Notes under the pieces: model-generated
Told to the model about the DNA's origin: nothing
Database searches by the model: none
Seen by the model: the letters and a program-made list of their open reading frames with translations, nothing else
Program-made: the position numbers and the translations under genes
Part shown: piece by piece, positions 8,499 through 18,452 of the stretch
How positions within the stretch are numbered: position 1 is the first letter of the stretch
Layout: every line of letters begins with the position of its first letter
Assembly: GCA_050293165.1 (NCBI GenBank)
Contig: JBNKMO010000059.1
Coordinates: 130 to 64,129, forward strand
Length of the DNA: 64,000 nucleotides
Reading direction: 5' to 3'
DNA from: Anaerolineales bacterium
GTDB taxonomy: Bacteria > Chloroflexota > Anaerolineae > Anaerolineales > Villigracilaceae

Positions 8499-9878
8499 AT
8501 GAATGACGAATACAAGAAAAAAGTAAATAATAAATACGAGCAGAAGCTGCAAAAAGGCGAACGCTTTTGGCCGGATAGCATCTATAAAGATTTGCTGGTC
8601 TCCTTTGCGCTTTTCATCCTGTTGATCGGGTTAGCGACTTTTGTTGGTGTTCACCCGGAGCCCAAAGTCGATCCCACGGACGCAACCTATGTTCCCCGTC
8701 CTGAATGGTATTTCCTCTTCCTCTTTGAGTTTCTGAAATACTTCCCGGGCGCACTGGAATGGGTCGGCGCTGCGGTAATCCCCGGCATCCTGGTTGCCGC
8801 TTTATTGCTCTTGCCGCTTTATGATAAAAACCCTTTCCGTCATTATGCCAAGCGCCCCTTTGCAATTGGGTTGATGAGCTTTATCTTTGCGGGAATAGTG
8901 ACTTTAACTTTCAAAGCTGCGACGGTGCTATCCGGTTTGATGGCCTTGGTCTTGTTTGTTCTGGTCGCAGGATTGATGTTCTTTTCGATTTACAAGAAGC
9001 CTGATGTGAATATCTCGTGGCGAAAGCCCGCTTTGTGGATTGTGAGTATTCTGGTGGTTGGCATCATCGGCTGGACGTATCAACAGACTTCTGTGCTGGC
9101 GGAAGGCGAAGAAGAGACATATGTTGCCAGTACTGTTGCGGAAAAGATGGTGCTTGGGCAGGACCTCTATTCGATCAACTGTGTGGAGTGTCATGGTGCT
9201 GAAGGTGAAGGCGGAGAAATTACAGCGACGGCTGCTGATGGAACAGAAGAAAGTTTGCCTGTCAAACCGATTAATACCAAAGACGAAATGTACACACGCA
9301 ATGATGGATCGCTTGCTGACATCATCGCTTATGGTCAACCGAACCTGGGCATGCCGCCTTTTGGTGGTGCCTACGGTGGGGAGTTGACTCCGAGCGAGAT
9401 CGAATACATCGTGACCTTTATGCGCTACACATGGGATGATCGTGCTGAAGTGCCGGCGGATGCCGTCGCCTCTGCGATCCCCGCACTGGCTGAAGGTGAA
9501 GTGCCTTCCTATGAAGTGCACATTTCTGCCGTGGCAAAACGCTACTGTGTCTCCTGTCATCGTGAAGGAAAAGAAAATAATAACTACATTATGGATACTT
9601 ATGCCGGGATTGTCAGTGGTGGAAATAATGGGCCGAACGTTGTCGCTGGTGACATGAACAGCATCTTGCTACAAGTCATTCAACAGCATGAAGTTACGGG
9701 CAATGATGGCGAGACCATCAATGTCATGCCCCCGAGCGGAAAAGCGCTCAAGGATGAATATGTCAATATGTTCATTCGCTGGGTGGAAGCCGGTATGCCC
9801 GAAAGTGCTGATGAAGCTGCCGCGCTCGGTGCGCCAGCTGAAGCAGAAGTAGTGGCAACCGAAACGCCCGCTCAATAA
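8499..9878 (+). CDS. qcrC: bc-complex subunit IV fused to a di-heme cytochrome c domain
   Basis: N-terminal PEWYFLFLFEFLKYFPG (C-terminal half of cytochrome b / subunit IV), extra TM helices, then CVECH and CVSCH heme motifs. Confidence 0.8.
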   Translation: MNDEYKKKVNNKYEQKLQKGERFWPDSIYKDLLVSFALFILLIGLATFVGVHPEPKVDPTDATYVPRPEWYFLFLFEFLKYFPGALEWVGAAVIPGILVAALLLLPLYDKNPFRHYAKRPFAIGLMSFIFAGIVTLTFKAATVLSGLMALVLFVLVAGLMFFSIYKKPDVNISWRKPALWIVSILVVGIIGWTYQQTSVLAEGEEETYVASTVAEKMVLGQDLYSINCVECHGAEGEGGEITATAADGTEESLPVKPINTKDEMYTRNDGSLADIIAYGQPNLGMPPFGGAYGGELTPSEIEYIVTFMRYTWDDRAEVPADAVASAIPALAEGEVPSYEVHISAVAKRYCVSCHREGKENNNYIMDTYAGIVSGGNNGPNVVAGDMNSILLQVIQQHEVTGNDGETINVMPPSGKALKDEYVNMFIRWVEAGMPESADEAAALGAPAEAEVVATETPAQ

Positions 9879-9905
9879 ATTAGACTAGACAAATTAAGCA
9901 ATGAA

Positions 9906-9938
9906 GAACCGCTCGTCTTGACGAGCGGTTCTTTTTTT
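9906..9938 (+). terminator. Rho-independent terminator of qcrABC
   Basis: Stem gaaccgctcgt / acgagcggttc (11 bp, loop cttg) followed by T7. Confidence 0.85.
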
Positions 9939-9949
9939 GTCGATCAATA

Positions 9950-9978
9950 TTGACAAGAAACAGAAATAAGGATATATT
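9950..9978 (+). promoter_or_regulatory. Sigma-70-like promoter of the ArsR-SdpI operon
   Basis: TTGACA (9950-9955), a 17-nt spacer, then TATATT (9973-9978). Confidence 0.55.
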
Positions 9979-9982
9979 TCAA

Positions 9983-9998
9983 TTAGCTGTTTAGCTAA
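9983..9998. promoter_or_regulatory. Candidate operator palindrome for the ArsR-family repressor
   Basis: TTAGCT-gttt-AGCTAA (6-4-6 perfect palindrome) lies just downstream of the -10 box and 16 nt before the ATG. Confidence 0.4.
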
Positions 9999-10013
9999 AT
10001 GACTAATTAGAAT

Positions 10014-10340
10014 ATGGAAATAAAAAATGGAGAAATAACAACAGATATGGCAACAAAAGTGTATAAGGCTTTGGCTGACCCGACTAGGCGAAAAATCTTG
10101 CAATTGCTGCGTGAGCGCGATATGAATGCCGGAGAACTCGCTGAGCATTTTGATTTTGCAAAACCAACCCTTTCAAGGCATTTTTCTGTTTTACAAGAAG
10201 CTGATTTGATTCAAGGGACTCGTGAAGGAAACTATATTGTATATCGACTGAACGTCACCGTGCTGGAAGAAACGATGATGGCGATGATGGAGATGTTTGG
10301 GCTTGAAGCCAGAGGTACCAATAATGAAAAAAGAATATGA
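10014..10340 (+). CDS. ArsR/SdpR-family winged-helix transcriptional regulator
   Basis: Contains LADPTRRKILQLLRERDMNAGELAEHF...TLSRHFSVL. Confidence 0.85.
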   Translation: MEIKNGEITTDMATKVYKALADPTRRKILQLLRERDMNAGELAEHFDFAKPTLSRHFSVLQEADLIQGTREGNYIVYRLNVTVLEETMMAMMEMFGLEARGTNNEKRI

Positions 10341-11004
10341 TAACAAAAGTATGCTCGTCTTTAGCGGTGTGATCTTTTTGCTCGCTGTCGCTGTGACCAT
10401 TTTTGCGTGGTCAAAAGTTCCCTCTGATGCAAGGATACCTGTTCATTGGAATGCACAAGGCGATGTTGATAATTACGGTGGTAAAGTTTTTGGTTTGCTG
10501 ATGGGGCCGGGCTTGATCTTTTTCTTATCGTTATTGCTGGCCTTCATTCCTCGTATGGAACCACGTGTAGAAAACTTACAGCAGTCTCAAAAAGCCTATA
10601 AGGTAGTTTGGTTTTTTGTTGTGCTCCTTATGCTAGTGTTGCATTTGATTACAACAGCTGTGGCGCTGGGCAAGACCATCAATATGACGATGATAATGTC
10701 TTTTGCTATGGGTATTCTTTTCATGGCAATCGGAAACTATATGGGCAAAATTCGTAGCAATTTCATGTTTGGTATCCGTACTCCTTGGGCATTATCCAGT
10801 GAAGCATCCTGGAACAAGACTCATCGCCTAGGTGGCCGTCTTTTCTTTTTGGTCGGGCTGATGGTTTTTCTTAGTGCCTTCTTGCAACGCGGAGAGCTAA
10901 GTTTTGGTCTACTAATTGGCGGCGTTTTCGTTATTCTGATTTTTACCTATTCCTATTCCTATTGGGTTTGGAAACAGGACGACGATCGTAAGGCACTTTC
11001 GTGA
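10324..11004 (+). CDS. SdpI/YhfL-family membrane protein (DUF1648 + SdpI)
   Basis: IPVHWNAQGDVDNYGGK (DUF1648-like) and GIRTPWALSSEASWNKTHRLGG (SdpI signature). The ATG at 10324 overlaps the end of the regulator gene. Confidence 0.8.
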   Translation: MKKEYDNKSMLVFSGVIFLLAVAVTIFAWSKVPSDARIPVHWNAQGDVDNYGGKVFGLLMGPGLIFFLSLLLAFIPRMEPRVENLQQSQKAYKVVWFFVVLLMLVLHLITTAVALGKTINMTMIMSFAMGILFMAIGNYMGKIRSNFMFGIRTPWALSSEASWNKTHRLGGRLFFLVGLMVFLSAFLQRGELSFGLLIGGVFVILIFTYSYSYWVWKQDDDRKALS

Positions 11005-11044
11005 ACTGCTTTGTTTCACATGAAACATAAGTTAGGAGAAAATA

Positions 11045-11689
11045 ATGAGTACAAAAACAACCGTAATTCTAGTTAGCATCGTGATCTTTCTGTCCGTGAT
11101 TGCTGGCGTCATGTTCTACGACCAATTGCCTGATCCGATGGCATCACATTGGGGAGCCAACGATGAAGTCAATGGATATATGAGTAAATTCTGGGGAGTT
11201 TTTATGCTCCCGTTGATTTCTGTGGGCTTGCTTGTCCTCTTTCTAGCCATCCCTTATCTGGACCCTCTCAAGGAAAATATTGCCGAATTTCGTGGAATGT
11301 TCAATCTCTTTATTCTCGCGATGGAGATTTTCCTTGCCTACATATGGGCACTCACAATCCTTTGGAACTTGCGGAATGGCGCTTTCGAGATGGGAGCGGC
11401 GATTATGCCCGCGATGGGGTTGCTCTTTATCTTCATCGGTTACATGATCCGATCTGCAAAGCGGAATTGGTTTATCGGCATTCGTACCCCATGGACATTG
11501 AGTAGTGATAAAGTCTGGGAAGAAACTCATCGCGTAGGAGGTAATCTCTTTATGGTATCAGGTACAATCACAATCTTTGGGCTTTTCTTTGGCGGACAGG
11601 CTATTTGGTTCATGCTTGTACCTATCTTGGGTACCACTGCTTTTCTCTATATCTACTCTTATATACTTTTTCAACGTGAGGCAAAATGA
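11045..11689 (+). CDS. Second SdpI-family membrane protein (paralog)
   Basis: MASHWGANDEVNGYMSK and GIRTPWTLSSDKVWEETHRVGG. Same architecture as the upstream gene. Confidence 0.8.
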   Translation: MSTKTTVILVSIVIFLSVIAGVMFYDQLPDPMASHWGANDEVNGYMSKFWGVFMLPLISVGLLVLFLAIPYLDPLKENIAEFRGMFNLFILAMEIFLAYIWALTILWNLRNGAFEMGAAIMPAMGLLFIFIGYMIRSAKRNWFIGIRTPWTLSSDKVWEETHRVGGNLFMVSGTITIFGLFFGGQAIWFMLVPILGTTAFLYIYSYILFQREAK

Positions 11690-12588
11690 CCACACAAACT
11701 TCATCAACCCTTGATCGTAAGTCTTTGAAGACTTTTCTGATCCTTGCTTTTTCGGTTTCCTGGGTGCTCTTTCTTGTGCCTTTAGCATTCAAGGATGCAG
11801 ACCCACAGCTCCATCAAATTATGCTCACGGTCTTCTTTGCGCTTGCAATGTGGGCACCGGGGATTGCGGCGATCATCGCTACGAAAAAAGCGGATGGCTC
11901 GCTCGCGGCATTGAATATCAAAACATTGGGCCCGAAACGATACTACCTTTGGGCTTGGTTGCTCTTCCCTGTTTTATCGGTGCTGACTGGCGCGGTGACC
12001 GTTTTATTCCGCGTGGCAGAATTTGATCCTGAACTTTCTCTTGTCCGTGACGCGCTGGCTGCATCGCTTGAAACGGTTACCTTAGACCCTATGACGATCA
12101 TTTCTTTGCAAGTTGGAGCCGCGATTCTGATTGCTCCACTTTTCAATATGATCTTTGCTTTTGGTGAAGAGCTGGGGTGGCGTGGTTTTCTTTTACCCAA
12201 ACTATTGCCGCTTGGAGAGTGGAAAGCTATTATCCTCAGCAATGTCATCTGGGGCCTCTGGCATGCACCTGCTATTGTACAGGGGCTTAACTATCCAGGC
12301 TATCCAGTTCTGGGCGTGTTGATGATGGTCGTTTTTACTGTGCTTGTTGGCATCATTCTTAGCTGGCTTTACCTTAACACACGCAGCCCGTGGGCGCCTG
12401 CTTTGGCACATGGTTCGATAAATGCTGTCGCATCCCTTTCTTTGATGTTCCTCGCTCCGGGTTTTAATAGTGCCCTTGGCGGGACGTTGGCGAGTGTGAT
12501 GGGGTGGATTCCTTTGGGAGTGTTCGTGCTTTGGTTGATACTCTCACGTCGGGTGCCGGTTAGCGGGGATAATCTAAATATAGACTGA
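11686..12588 (+). CDS. CPBP-family intramembrane glutamic endopeptidase (CAAX protease / Abi)
   Basis: Motifs EELGWRGFLLP, WGLWHAP and HGSINA. Its start overlaps the previous stop by 4 nt. Confidence 0.85.
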   Translation: MTTQTSSTLDRKSLKTFLILAFSVSWVLFLVPLAFKDADPQLHQIMLTVFFALAMWAPGIAAIIATKKADGSLAALNIKTLGPKRYYLWAWLLFPVLSVLTGAVTVLFRVAEFDPELSLVRDALAASLETVTLDPMTIISLQVGAAILIAPLFNMIFAFGEELGWRGFLLPKLLPLGEWKAIILSNVIWGLWHAPAIVQGLNYPGYPVLGVLMMVVFTVLVGIILSWLYLNTRSPWAPALAHGSINAVASLSLMFLAPGFNSALGGTLASVMGWIPLGVFVLWLILSRRVPVSGDNLNID

Positions 12589-12620
12589 TACTTTTTTAAT
12601 GGAAGCAAGTTCAATATCAG

Positions 12621-12651
12621 GGAGAGATGCGCTCCATCTCTCCTTTTTTTT
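12621..12651 (+). terminator. Rho-independent terminator after the CPBP gene
   Basis: ggagagatg-cgctc-catctctcc followed by T8. Confidence 0.85.
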
Positions 12652-12727
12652 AAAACAATTTAGAACATGTGTTCTGCTTAAATTGGGGATTGTGTATTCA
12701 CATCCTTTTCGCTACACTATAGTCGCT

Positions 12728-13993
12728 ATGTTAGGAAAGGATTCCGGTTCTTATATTGAAATAAAGGAAATGGCTGAGCGCTTGCAGCGCTTGGTTGGTT
12801 TGAGTACGTCACTCAATTCGACATTGAACTTGAATGACATGCTGAAGATCATTATTGAAACGGCTGCAGATATCTTGGACTGTGAGGCTGCTTCAATTCT
12901 TTTATACGATGAAAATTTGGGTGAACTGTTTTTTGCTGCCGCTACTGGTTCAGACGTAAACAAACTGGCCGAGATCCCTGTTCCGATCAATGATAGTTTG
13001 GCAGGGACGATTTTCAGAACCCATGAGCCGCTCATCTTGGATGAACTTGAAGGTGATCCGCGACATAATAAAAAGGCTTCAGAGCATGTCGGTTTTCAGA
13101 CGCGTTCTTTGCTGGGGGTTCCTTTGCGAATTCGTGAGCGAACGATTGGGGTTTTAGAATCGCTGAATAAGAAAACAGGCTCTTTCACGGAAGAAGACCA
13201 GACTACATTAGGGGTGGTTGCTTCTCATGCTGCGGTGGCGATCCATAATGCTCAGTTGATCCAAGCTTTGAAGCACTCCTATGAAAAAGTCAGTAAAGCT
13301 GATCAATTGAAGAGTAATTTTCTGGCGCTGGCATCTCATGAGCTGCGGACGCCTTTGGGCATCATTATTGGCTATGCTACCTTTTTGCGTGAAGATGCAG
13401 ACGGTGAGGCTTCCGATCATGCCGAGCATGTGCTGAATGCTGCCTTGCAGATGCGCACCTTGCTGGAAGATATGAACAACCTGACCATGCTTGAGACGGA
13501 TACTTCCACTTTCTTGCCTCGTAGCGTGGTTTTGCAAGAGTTGCTCGAAACAACTGCGCAAGAGATTCAAGAAATGGCAAAGGTCAAGGGACAGACCATC
13601 GTGTTCGATTTCCCGACTGAGCCTTTGAGTTGTCTTTTGGATGCAAAAAAACTTGGTTCTGCCATCGTCAACCTTTTGCACAATGCCGTGCGTTTCTCAC
13701 CCGAAAACGAAACCATTATTCTCGGCGTCAAACAGAATGGAGACCGACTCATCTGCTGGGTCGAAGATCACGGCATAGGAATTGCTGCTGATCAGCTTAA
13801 AGCCATTTTTGAAAAGTTTTATCAAGTGGAGTCTCCAAATATCCGTCGCTATGGCGGCATGGGCATCGGCTTGACCATTGCACAAGGTCTTATCGAAGCA
13901 CAGGGGGGCAAGTTATGGGCAGAAAGTGAAGGAGAGGGAAAGGGTTCTACCTTCAAGATTTCATTACCGTATCGTCAAATACCATCTCCGTGA
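12728..13993 (+). CDS. Soluble GAF-domain sensor histidine kinase
   Basis: GAF region, HisKA box ASHELRTPL, and HATPase boxes NLLHNAVRFS and GGMGIGLTIAQ. The track start at 12599 runs through the upstream terminator, so I used the ATG at 12728 (alternative at 12770). Confidence 0.85.
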   Translation: MLGKDSGSYIEIKEMAERLQRLVGLSTSLNSTLNLNDMLKIIIETAADILDCEAASILLYDENLGELFFAAATGSDVNKLAEIPVPINDSLAGTIFRTHEPLILDELEGDPRHNKKASEHVGFQTRSLLGVPLRIRERTIGVLESLNKKTGSFTEEDQTTLGVVASHAAVAIHNAQLIQALKHSYEKVSKADQLKSNFLALASHELRTPLGIIIGYATFLREDADGEASDHAEHVLNAALQMRTLLEDMNNLTMLETDTSTFLPRSVVLQELLETTAQEIQEMAKVKGQTIVFDFPTEPLSCLLDAKKLGSAIVNLLHNAVRFSPENETIILGVKQNGDRLICWVEDHGIGIAADQLKAIFEKFYQVESPNIRRYGGMGIGLTIAQGLIEAQGGKLWAESEGEGKGSTFKISLPYRQIPSP

Positions 13994-14179
13994 CCAAAAC
14001 TGAGCCTTCTTCTCATCATCGCAGCGCTCTTTGGGGTTGGTATGCTCACCTGCGGGCATAACTGGGCGTACAGCGATTTTGGCAGCATATCATGCAGGTA
14101 ACGTAACATTCTTGTGGGGGATATGGATGCTTTCATTACACAAAATAGCATTACGATTCTCGAGTACAAAAGATATAAA

Positions 14180-14213
14180 AATCGCCGATTTGTAGTTTAC
14201 AAGATCGGCGATT
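14180..14213 (-). terminator. Terminator of the PEP-binding-domain gene
   Basis: 10-bp stem aatcgccgat / atcggcgatt. On the minus strand it is followed by ttttatatctttt. Confidence 0.6.
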
Positions 14214-14232
14214 AAGAGCGTAATAAAGAATT

Positions 14233-16605
14233 TCACGAAGGGGGATTGTTTTGTTCTTCGTTATTTTCCCTCTCCAAGAAGGCAACAGCGCGTCCTTTTT
14301 CATCGTCCATAACGAGGGTGATGTAATGCTCAGGACGGAAATCTTCAACGGCGATCAAGTGCAGGCAACGCATCAGTTTTTTGTCAGCATTGATCCAGTC
14401 TGCAAGACGGTTAGGGGTTTTGTAGAAGAAATCGTCGCTAAATTGCACATCTTCATCATCAAGATAGATAGCGAGGGGATAAATATGAGCTTCCATCAGG
14501 TCCTGAAAGAAATGGGTGCCGAAGGATGGTTCGGGTGCGGTACCAACTCCCTCGCCGGACAGCTCGATCAAAGCTTGGGTGTTATAAACGTCTGCGTAGC
14601 CGATGTGCACGCCCAAATCCGGGCTCGATGTTCCCCAGCGTCCAGGACCGACCGCGATAAAGTTTTCATCTTCCAGTTTGGCGTTTAGCAGGCCGATCGA
14701 GCGTTCCAATTTGTTCCGCTCTGCCTGTGATTCGATGCTGAAATAATCAGGGGAGACGAAGAGCACATAGTCAATGCGTGGAATGCTGCCGCGTGGTACC
14801 ATGCGTTTGGTCGAGAAAATGACATCTTCTTCATTGATCTTTTCGGGCAAGTGTACAGGATTATTTTCCTTGATATGGCTTTGCGGACGGCATTGCAGAA
14901 GGGTGATTTCGATCTTGGGGTGCAAGGCGCGTGGCTCAAGGATTTTGATGGCGAACTCGGTATCGACTGGCGATTTGTAATATTTTTCAAGAATTTTTAG
15001 CGCTTCTTTCATGTTTTCGGCAAAATTTGTGCGCCGTAATAACTCATCAAAGTTGACGACCAGTTTCTCTTTATCCATCAGGTTGGTACGCAGTGCGGAA
15101 AGATAGCCGTCTTCGACAGATTGGGCGATATAGCGCAGGGGGGCATAGTGCGGATCGAAGAGTTCTTTGGTGGAAACGGTTGTGAGTTTATTTTCTTCAA
15201 GATCGATGGCGTCGACGTACTGCTGCGAGTACCGCTGGATCGCTTTCATATTTGCGGCTGGGTGCAATAATGGACGGCTGAGGGCGACGAGACGGGGATA
15301 GTCGTTACCCGTCTGATCGACGGCACGGGTGCCCATCCCCCAGACCAGACGCAGGAAGCCGTCTTCGCGTTTGATGTCGGGCGACCAACGGTAAAGATTA
15401 CGGCTGAAGCCAACCCCTGCACCGTGTGGAAGATAGTATTTGCCAAAAGGTTCACCTTCAACGAACTGAAGCAGGATAGCGATGCGTTCGTCATAGTCCA
15501 GTAGCCCGGTTTTGCTGCGATAGACGATCGGCTCAGCGCGTAGGGCACTGGCATAAACACGCGCGATATTATCGGTAAGGTCGGCTAAATTTTCTTCCGG
15601 CGTTCCCTGATTGGGACAGAAGTAACTTTCATATTTTCCTGCAAAGGAGTGTCCAAAATTATCTTCGAGCAAACTGGATGAGCGCGCGATAAGGGGTTGT
15701 TTGCCGACTTTTTCGATCACTTCGCGGAGTTGTTCGATGATCTCCTCAGGGAATTTCGCTGCGACGAACTCAGCTTCCAGTTTAGGATGTTCAGCGCGGA
15801 TCTCTTCTTCGGTTTTGTATTTCTGGTCTGCCCACTTCATTAACCCATTATTGGACATGAAGGAATACATCACATCAGAACCAATATAATAGGAATTTGG
15901 GGTGCGGAAGTTCTCACGAATTGCTTCGGGGGCTTTTTTAGCCAGAATACGAGCTGCCAGCAGCATGCCCGCGGATTTTCCGCCGATCTTGCCTTGTCCG
16001 ATTTTACGTTTGCGGATTCTGTACAGGTCCTTGACGCGGAACCATTTTTTCGCGATGTTGATATATGCGAGTTGGTCGCTGATCATTGTACGGATGAGCA
16101 CGACCTTAATCTCCTGTAAACGTGCTTCAAGTGGCCCTCGCTCTTTTGGCGGCAATTTTTCGATTGCCAGCGCCTGATCGAAGATCATGTCTTGCGGGGC
16201 TAGTTCCGGGTTGAAGGTCACTAAGTCAGGCGTATCATCGCCGCGCTCGGCAAGGATCTTAATGATGATATCTTCGAAGTGTTCGTAGGGAAAGTTATAG
16301 GCAAAATAGAAATCGGTCAGCGAATCGCGAATACGTGAGAGACGCAGTTCCCAGATTTCTGAGCTTTCTTCAGAAAACGGGTCGTGCAAGCCTTCTCGAG
16401 TTTGCGAAAGTAGGGCTTTCTCGCGTGCCTCGGCATTAAAAACCTCGCGCGTGATGATGCCGCGCTCGAAAAGTTCACGCCGCATACGAGCGCGGATGCG
16501 ACTACTCAAAACGGGATATTGGTTGAGTGTCAGATAAATATTAAGAATACGATCATTGGAGGGAGCTGCTAAGGTCATAATGTTTTCTGAATTGGTTTTA
16601 TACAA
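14233..16605 (-). CDS. PEP/pyruvate-binding (PPDK N-terminal-like) domain protein
   Basis: A 790-aa ORF with GKIGGKSAGMLLA and surrounding sequence that resembles the nucleotide-binding domain of PEP-utilising enzymes. The exact function is unassigned. Confidence 0.6.
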   Translation of the reverse strand: MYKTNSENIMTLAAPSNDRILNIYLTLNQYPVLSSRIRARMRRELFERGIITREVFNAEAREKALLSQTREGLHDPFSEESSEIWELRLSRIRDSLTDFYFAYNFPYEHFEDIIIKILAERGDDTPDLVTFNPELAPQDMIFDQALAIEKLPPKERGPLEARLQEIKVVLIRTMISDQLAYINIAKKWFRVKDLYRIRKRKIGQGKIGGKSAGMLLAARILAKKAPEAIRENFRTPNSYYIGSDVMYSFMSNNGLMKWADQKYKTEEEIRAEHPKLEAEFVAAKFPEEIIEQLREVIEKVGKQPLIARSSSLLEDNFGHSFAGKYESYFCPNQGTPEENLADLTDNIARVYASALRAEPIVYRSKTGLLDYDERIAILLQFVEGEPFGKYYLPHGAGVGFSRNLYRWSPDIKREDGFLRLVWGMGTRAVDQTGNDYPRLVALSRPLLHPAANMKAIQRYSQQYVDAIDLEENKLTTVSTKELFDPHYAPLRYIAQSVEDGYLSALRTNLMDKEKLVVNFDELLRRTNFAENMKEALKILEKYYKSPVDTEFAIKILEPRALHPKIEITLLQCRPQSHIKENNPVHLPEKINEEDVIFSTKRMVPRGSIPRIDYVLFVSPDYFSIESQAERNKLERSIGLLNAKLEDENFIAVGPGRWGTSSPDLGVHIGYADVYNTQALIELSGEGVGTAPEPSFGTHFFQDLMEAHIYPLAIYLDDEDVQFSDDFFYKTPNRLADWINADKKLMRCLHLIAVEDFRPEHYITLVMDDEKGRAVAFLERENNEEQNNPPS

Positions 16606-16672
16606 AAAGTGCCAGGGCTTTTCTTTACCCTGACACTTGAGATGAAATCTTGGTTAGGAAACCAGTACAAGG

Positions 16673-17806
16673 TTACCCCAGATGCATCGGCATGATGACG
16701 TGGGTAAAGTCCTCATCCCCAACAGGGCGGATGACCCCTGGAGCATTGGGTGCTGATGTCTCGATGGCAACGTTCGGCGATTTAACGATCTCCAGCACTT
16801 CGCGCAGAAATTTGACATTAAAAGCGATCAGCAAACCAATTCCGTCCACAGTGGCTTCAACAATGGTTTCGTTCGATCCGGTTTCTTCCGATTGAGCAGA
16901 AATCTCGACTTCGCTAGGTTCCATATCGTTGGCGGCAGTTTTGATATCCAGACGGACAACATTCGTGCCTTCGCGTGCGAAAATCTCTGCTTGTTTGCAG
17001 GCTTTCAGCAGCGTAGCGGTCGAAACCAGTGTGCGGGATTTGTATGAGCGCGGGATGATCTGTTCGTAATCAGGGAAGGAGCCTTCGATTAATTGGGAGA
17101 CCAATTCGGCGTCTTTCACGCGGAAGATGACCTGTCCACGTCCTTTTGGCGCGACCATTGAGATCATGTCGTTCCCATCGCCAGCAATGCGGGCTAATTC
17201 GTTCAGTGCGCGGGCAGGGATAATGGCATGGATCGGTTCAGCAACTGGCGCTGAGAGAGTCGCCTTGCGAACTGACAGGCGGAAGCCATCTGCAGATGCC
17301 ATCACGATCTGATCACCGGTTACGGTTACAAGTACGCCCATTAAAACGGGGCGAGCTTCATCATTGGATGCAGCAAAGGCGACCTGATGGATCATCTCTT
17401 TGAAATCGACTACGTTGAGTTGAATTGCGCCTTCCATATCGGGTACGGCCAAAGGCGGGAATTCCTGCGCATCAATGCCTTTCACATCGTTATTCGATGC
17501 GCCGCTTTTGATGTGCAGGGTTTGGGTTTCAGATTCCAGTGTGAGTTCCACCTGATCGCCGGGGAGCGTATTTACAAGGTCTGAGAAAGTGCGTGCGGGC
17601 ACAGTCGTGGAGCCTTCTTCTGTAACCTTGGCGGGAATCCAGGCGGTAATGCCCAGCTCCAAATTTGTTGCTGAAAGGCGTAAACGGCCCTCATCACTGG
17701 CTATTAGAACATTTGCCAGAACAGGAAGGGTACTGCGCGGGGAAACAGCGCGGGAAACGATCCCTAAACCACGAGCCAGATTCTCTTGAAGGACGGTAAC
17801 TCTCAT
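16673..17806 (-). CDS. dnaN: DNA polymerase III beta sliding clamp
   Basis: MRVTVLQENLARGLGIVSRAVSPRSTLPVLANVLI... is typical of DnaN. The ATG at 17806 has an agagg SD. Confidence 0.92.
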   Translation of the reverse strand: MRVTVLQENLARGLGIVSRAVSPRSTLPVLANVLIASDEGRLRLSATNLELGITAWIPAKVTEEGSTTVPARTFSDLVNTLPGDQVELTLESETQTLHIKSGASNNDVKGIDAQEFPPLAVPDMEGAIQLNVVDFKEMIHQVAFAASNDEARPVLMGVLVTVTGDQIVMASADGFRLSVRKATLSAPVAEPIHAIIPARALNELARIAGDGNDMISMVAPKGRGQVIFRVKDAELVSQLIEGSFPDYEQIIPRSYKSRTLVSTATLLKACKQAEIFAREGTNVVRLDIKTAANDMEPSEVEISAQSEETGSNETIVEATVDGIGLLIAFNVKFLREVLEIVKSPNVAIETSAPNAPGVIRPVGDEDFTHVIMPMHLG

Positions 17807-17938
17807 GCCAGACCTCTTTATCAATGTTATTGGTGAATTTTCAAAAGTATATCATTAAACAAAAATAAGCCCATCAAAGAAAATTACGAAAATCGGGTAA
17901 AATGCTCTCCGAAGAACTCAATTTATAAAGGTAGAAAT

Positions 17939-18442
17939 ATGGCTCTAAGAAAAATTGTCACCGTGCCGAATGATGTTTTACGGAAAAAGGCACACACCGT
18001 CACCAAATTTGATAATGAATTGCGCACCCTGATCGACGATATGGTCGATACCATGCGGGACGCTCCTGGCGTTGGGCTTGCTGCCCCGCAAGTTGGCATT
18101 TTGCAGCGCCTTGTCGTGATCGAATACGGCGACGACGAGGATGAAACTGTTCCCCCGAAACTCTACGCCGTTGTCAATCCCGAAATTACACGTGCTTCCA
18201 GCGACAAGGAAATAGGCGTTGAGGGTTGTCTCTCCATTCCTGGCTTTGTTGGCGATGTAGAACGTTCCACTTCCATCGTCGTCAAAGGGCAGAATAAGCA
18301 CGGGCAGAATGTCAAATATAAACTCGATGGCTGGGTAGCACGTATATTCCAGCACGAAATCGACCATCTTGAAGGCGTGCTCTTCACCGATCTTGCTGAG
18401 AGCATTTGGAAACCCGACGCAGATTACGTAGATAATGTCTAA
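17939..18442 (+). CDS. def: Peptide deformylase
   Basis: Motifs GVGLAAPQVG, EGCLSIPG and HEIDHL. Confidence 0.93.
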   Translation: MALRKIVTVPNDVLRKKAHTVTKFDNELRTLIDDMVDTMRDAPGVGLAAPQVGILQRLVVIEYGDDEDETVPPKLYAVVNPEITRASSDKEIGVEGCLSIPGFVGDVERSTSIVVKGQNKHGQNVKYKLDGWVARIFQHEIDHLEGVLFTDLAESIWKPDADYVDNV

Positions 18443-18452
18443 AGTGTAGAAG

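Noticed and set aside
8928-9560. 210-aa minus-strand ORF
   Set aside because: It is antisense to qcrC, which has PEWYF and two CXXCH motifs.
12599-12727. N-terminal extension of the GAF kinase ORF
   Set aside because: The extension reads straight through the rho-independent terminator of the upstream operon (12621-12651).
17807-17938. Possible oriC next to dnaN
   Set aside because: It is only 132 bp long. I could find no TTATCCACA-type DnaA boxes, and there is no dnaA in the window.
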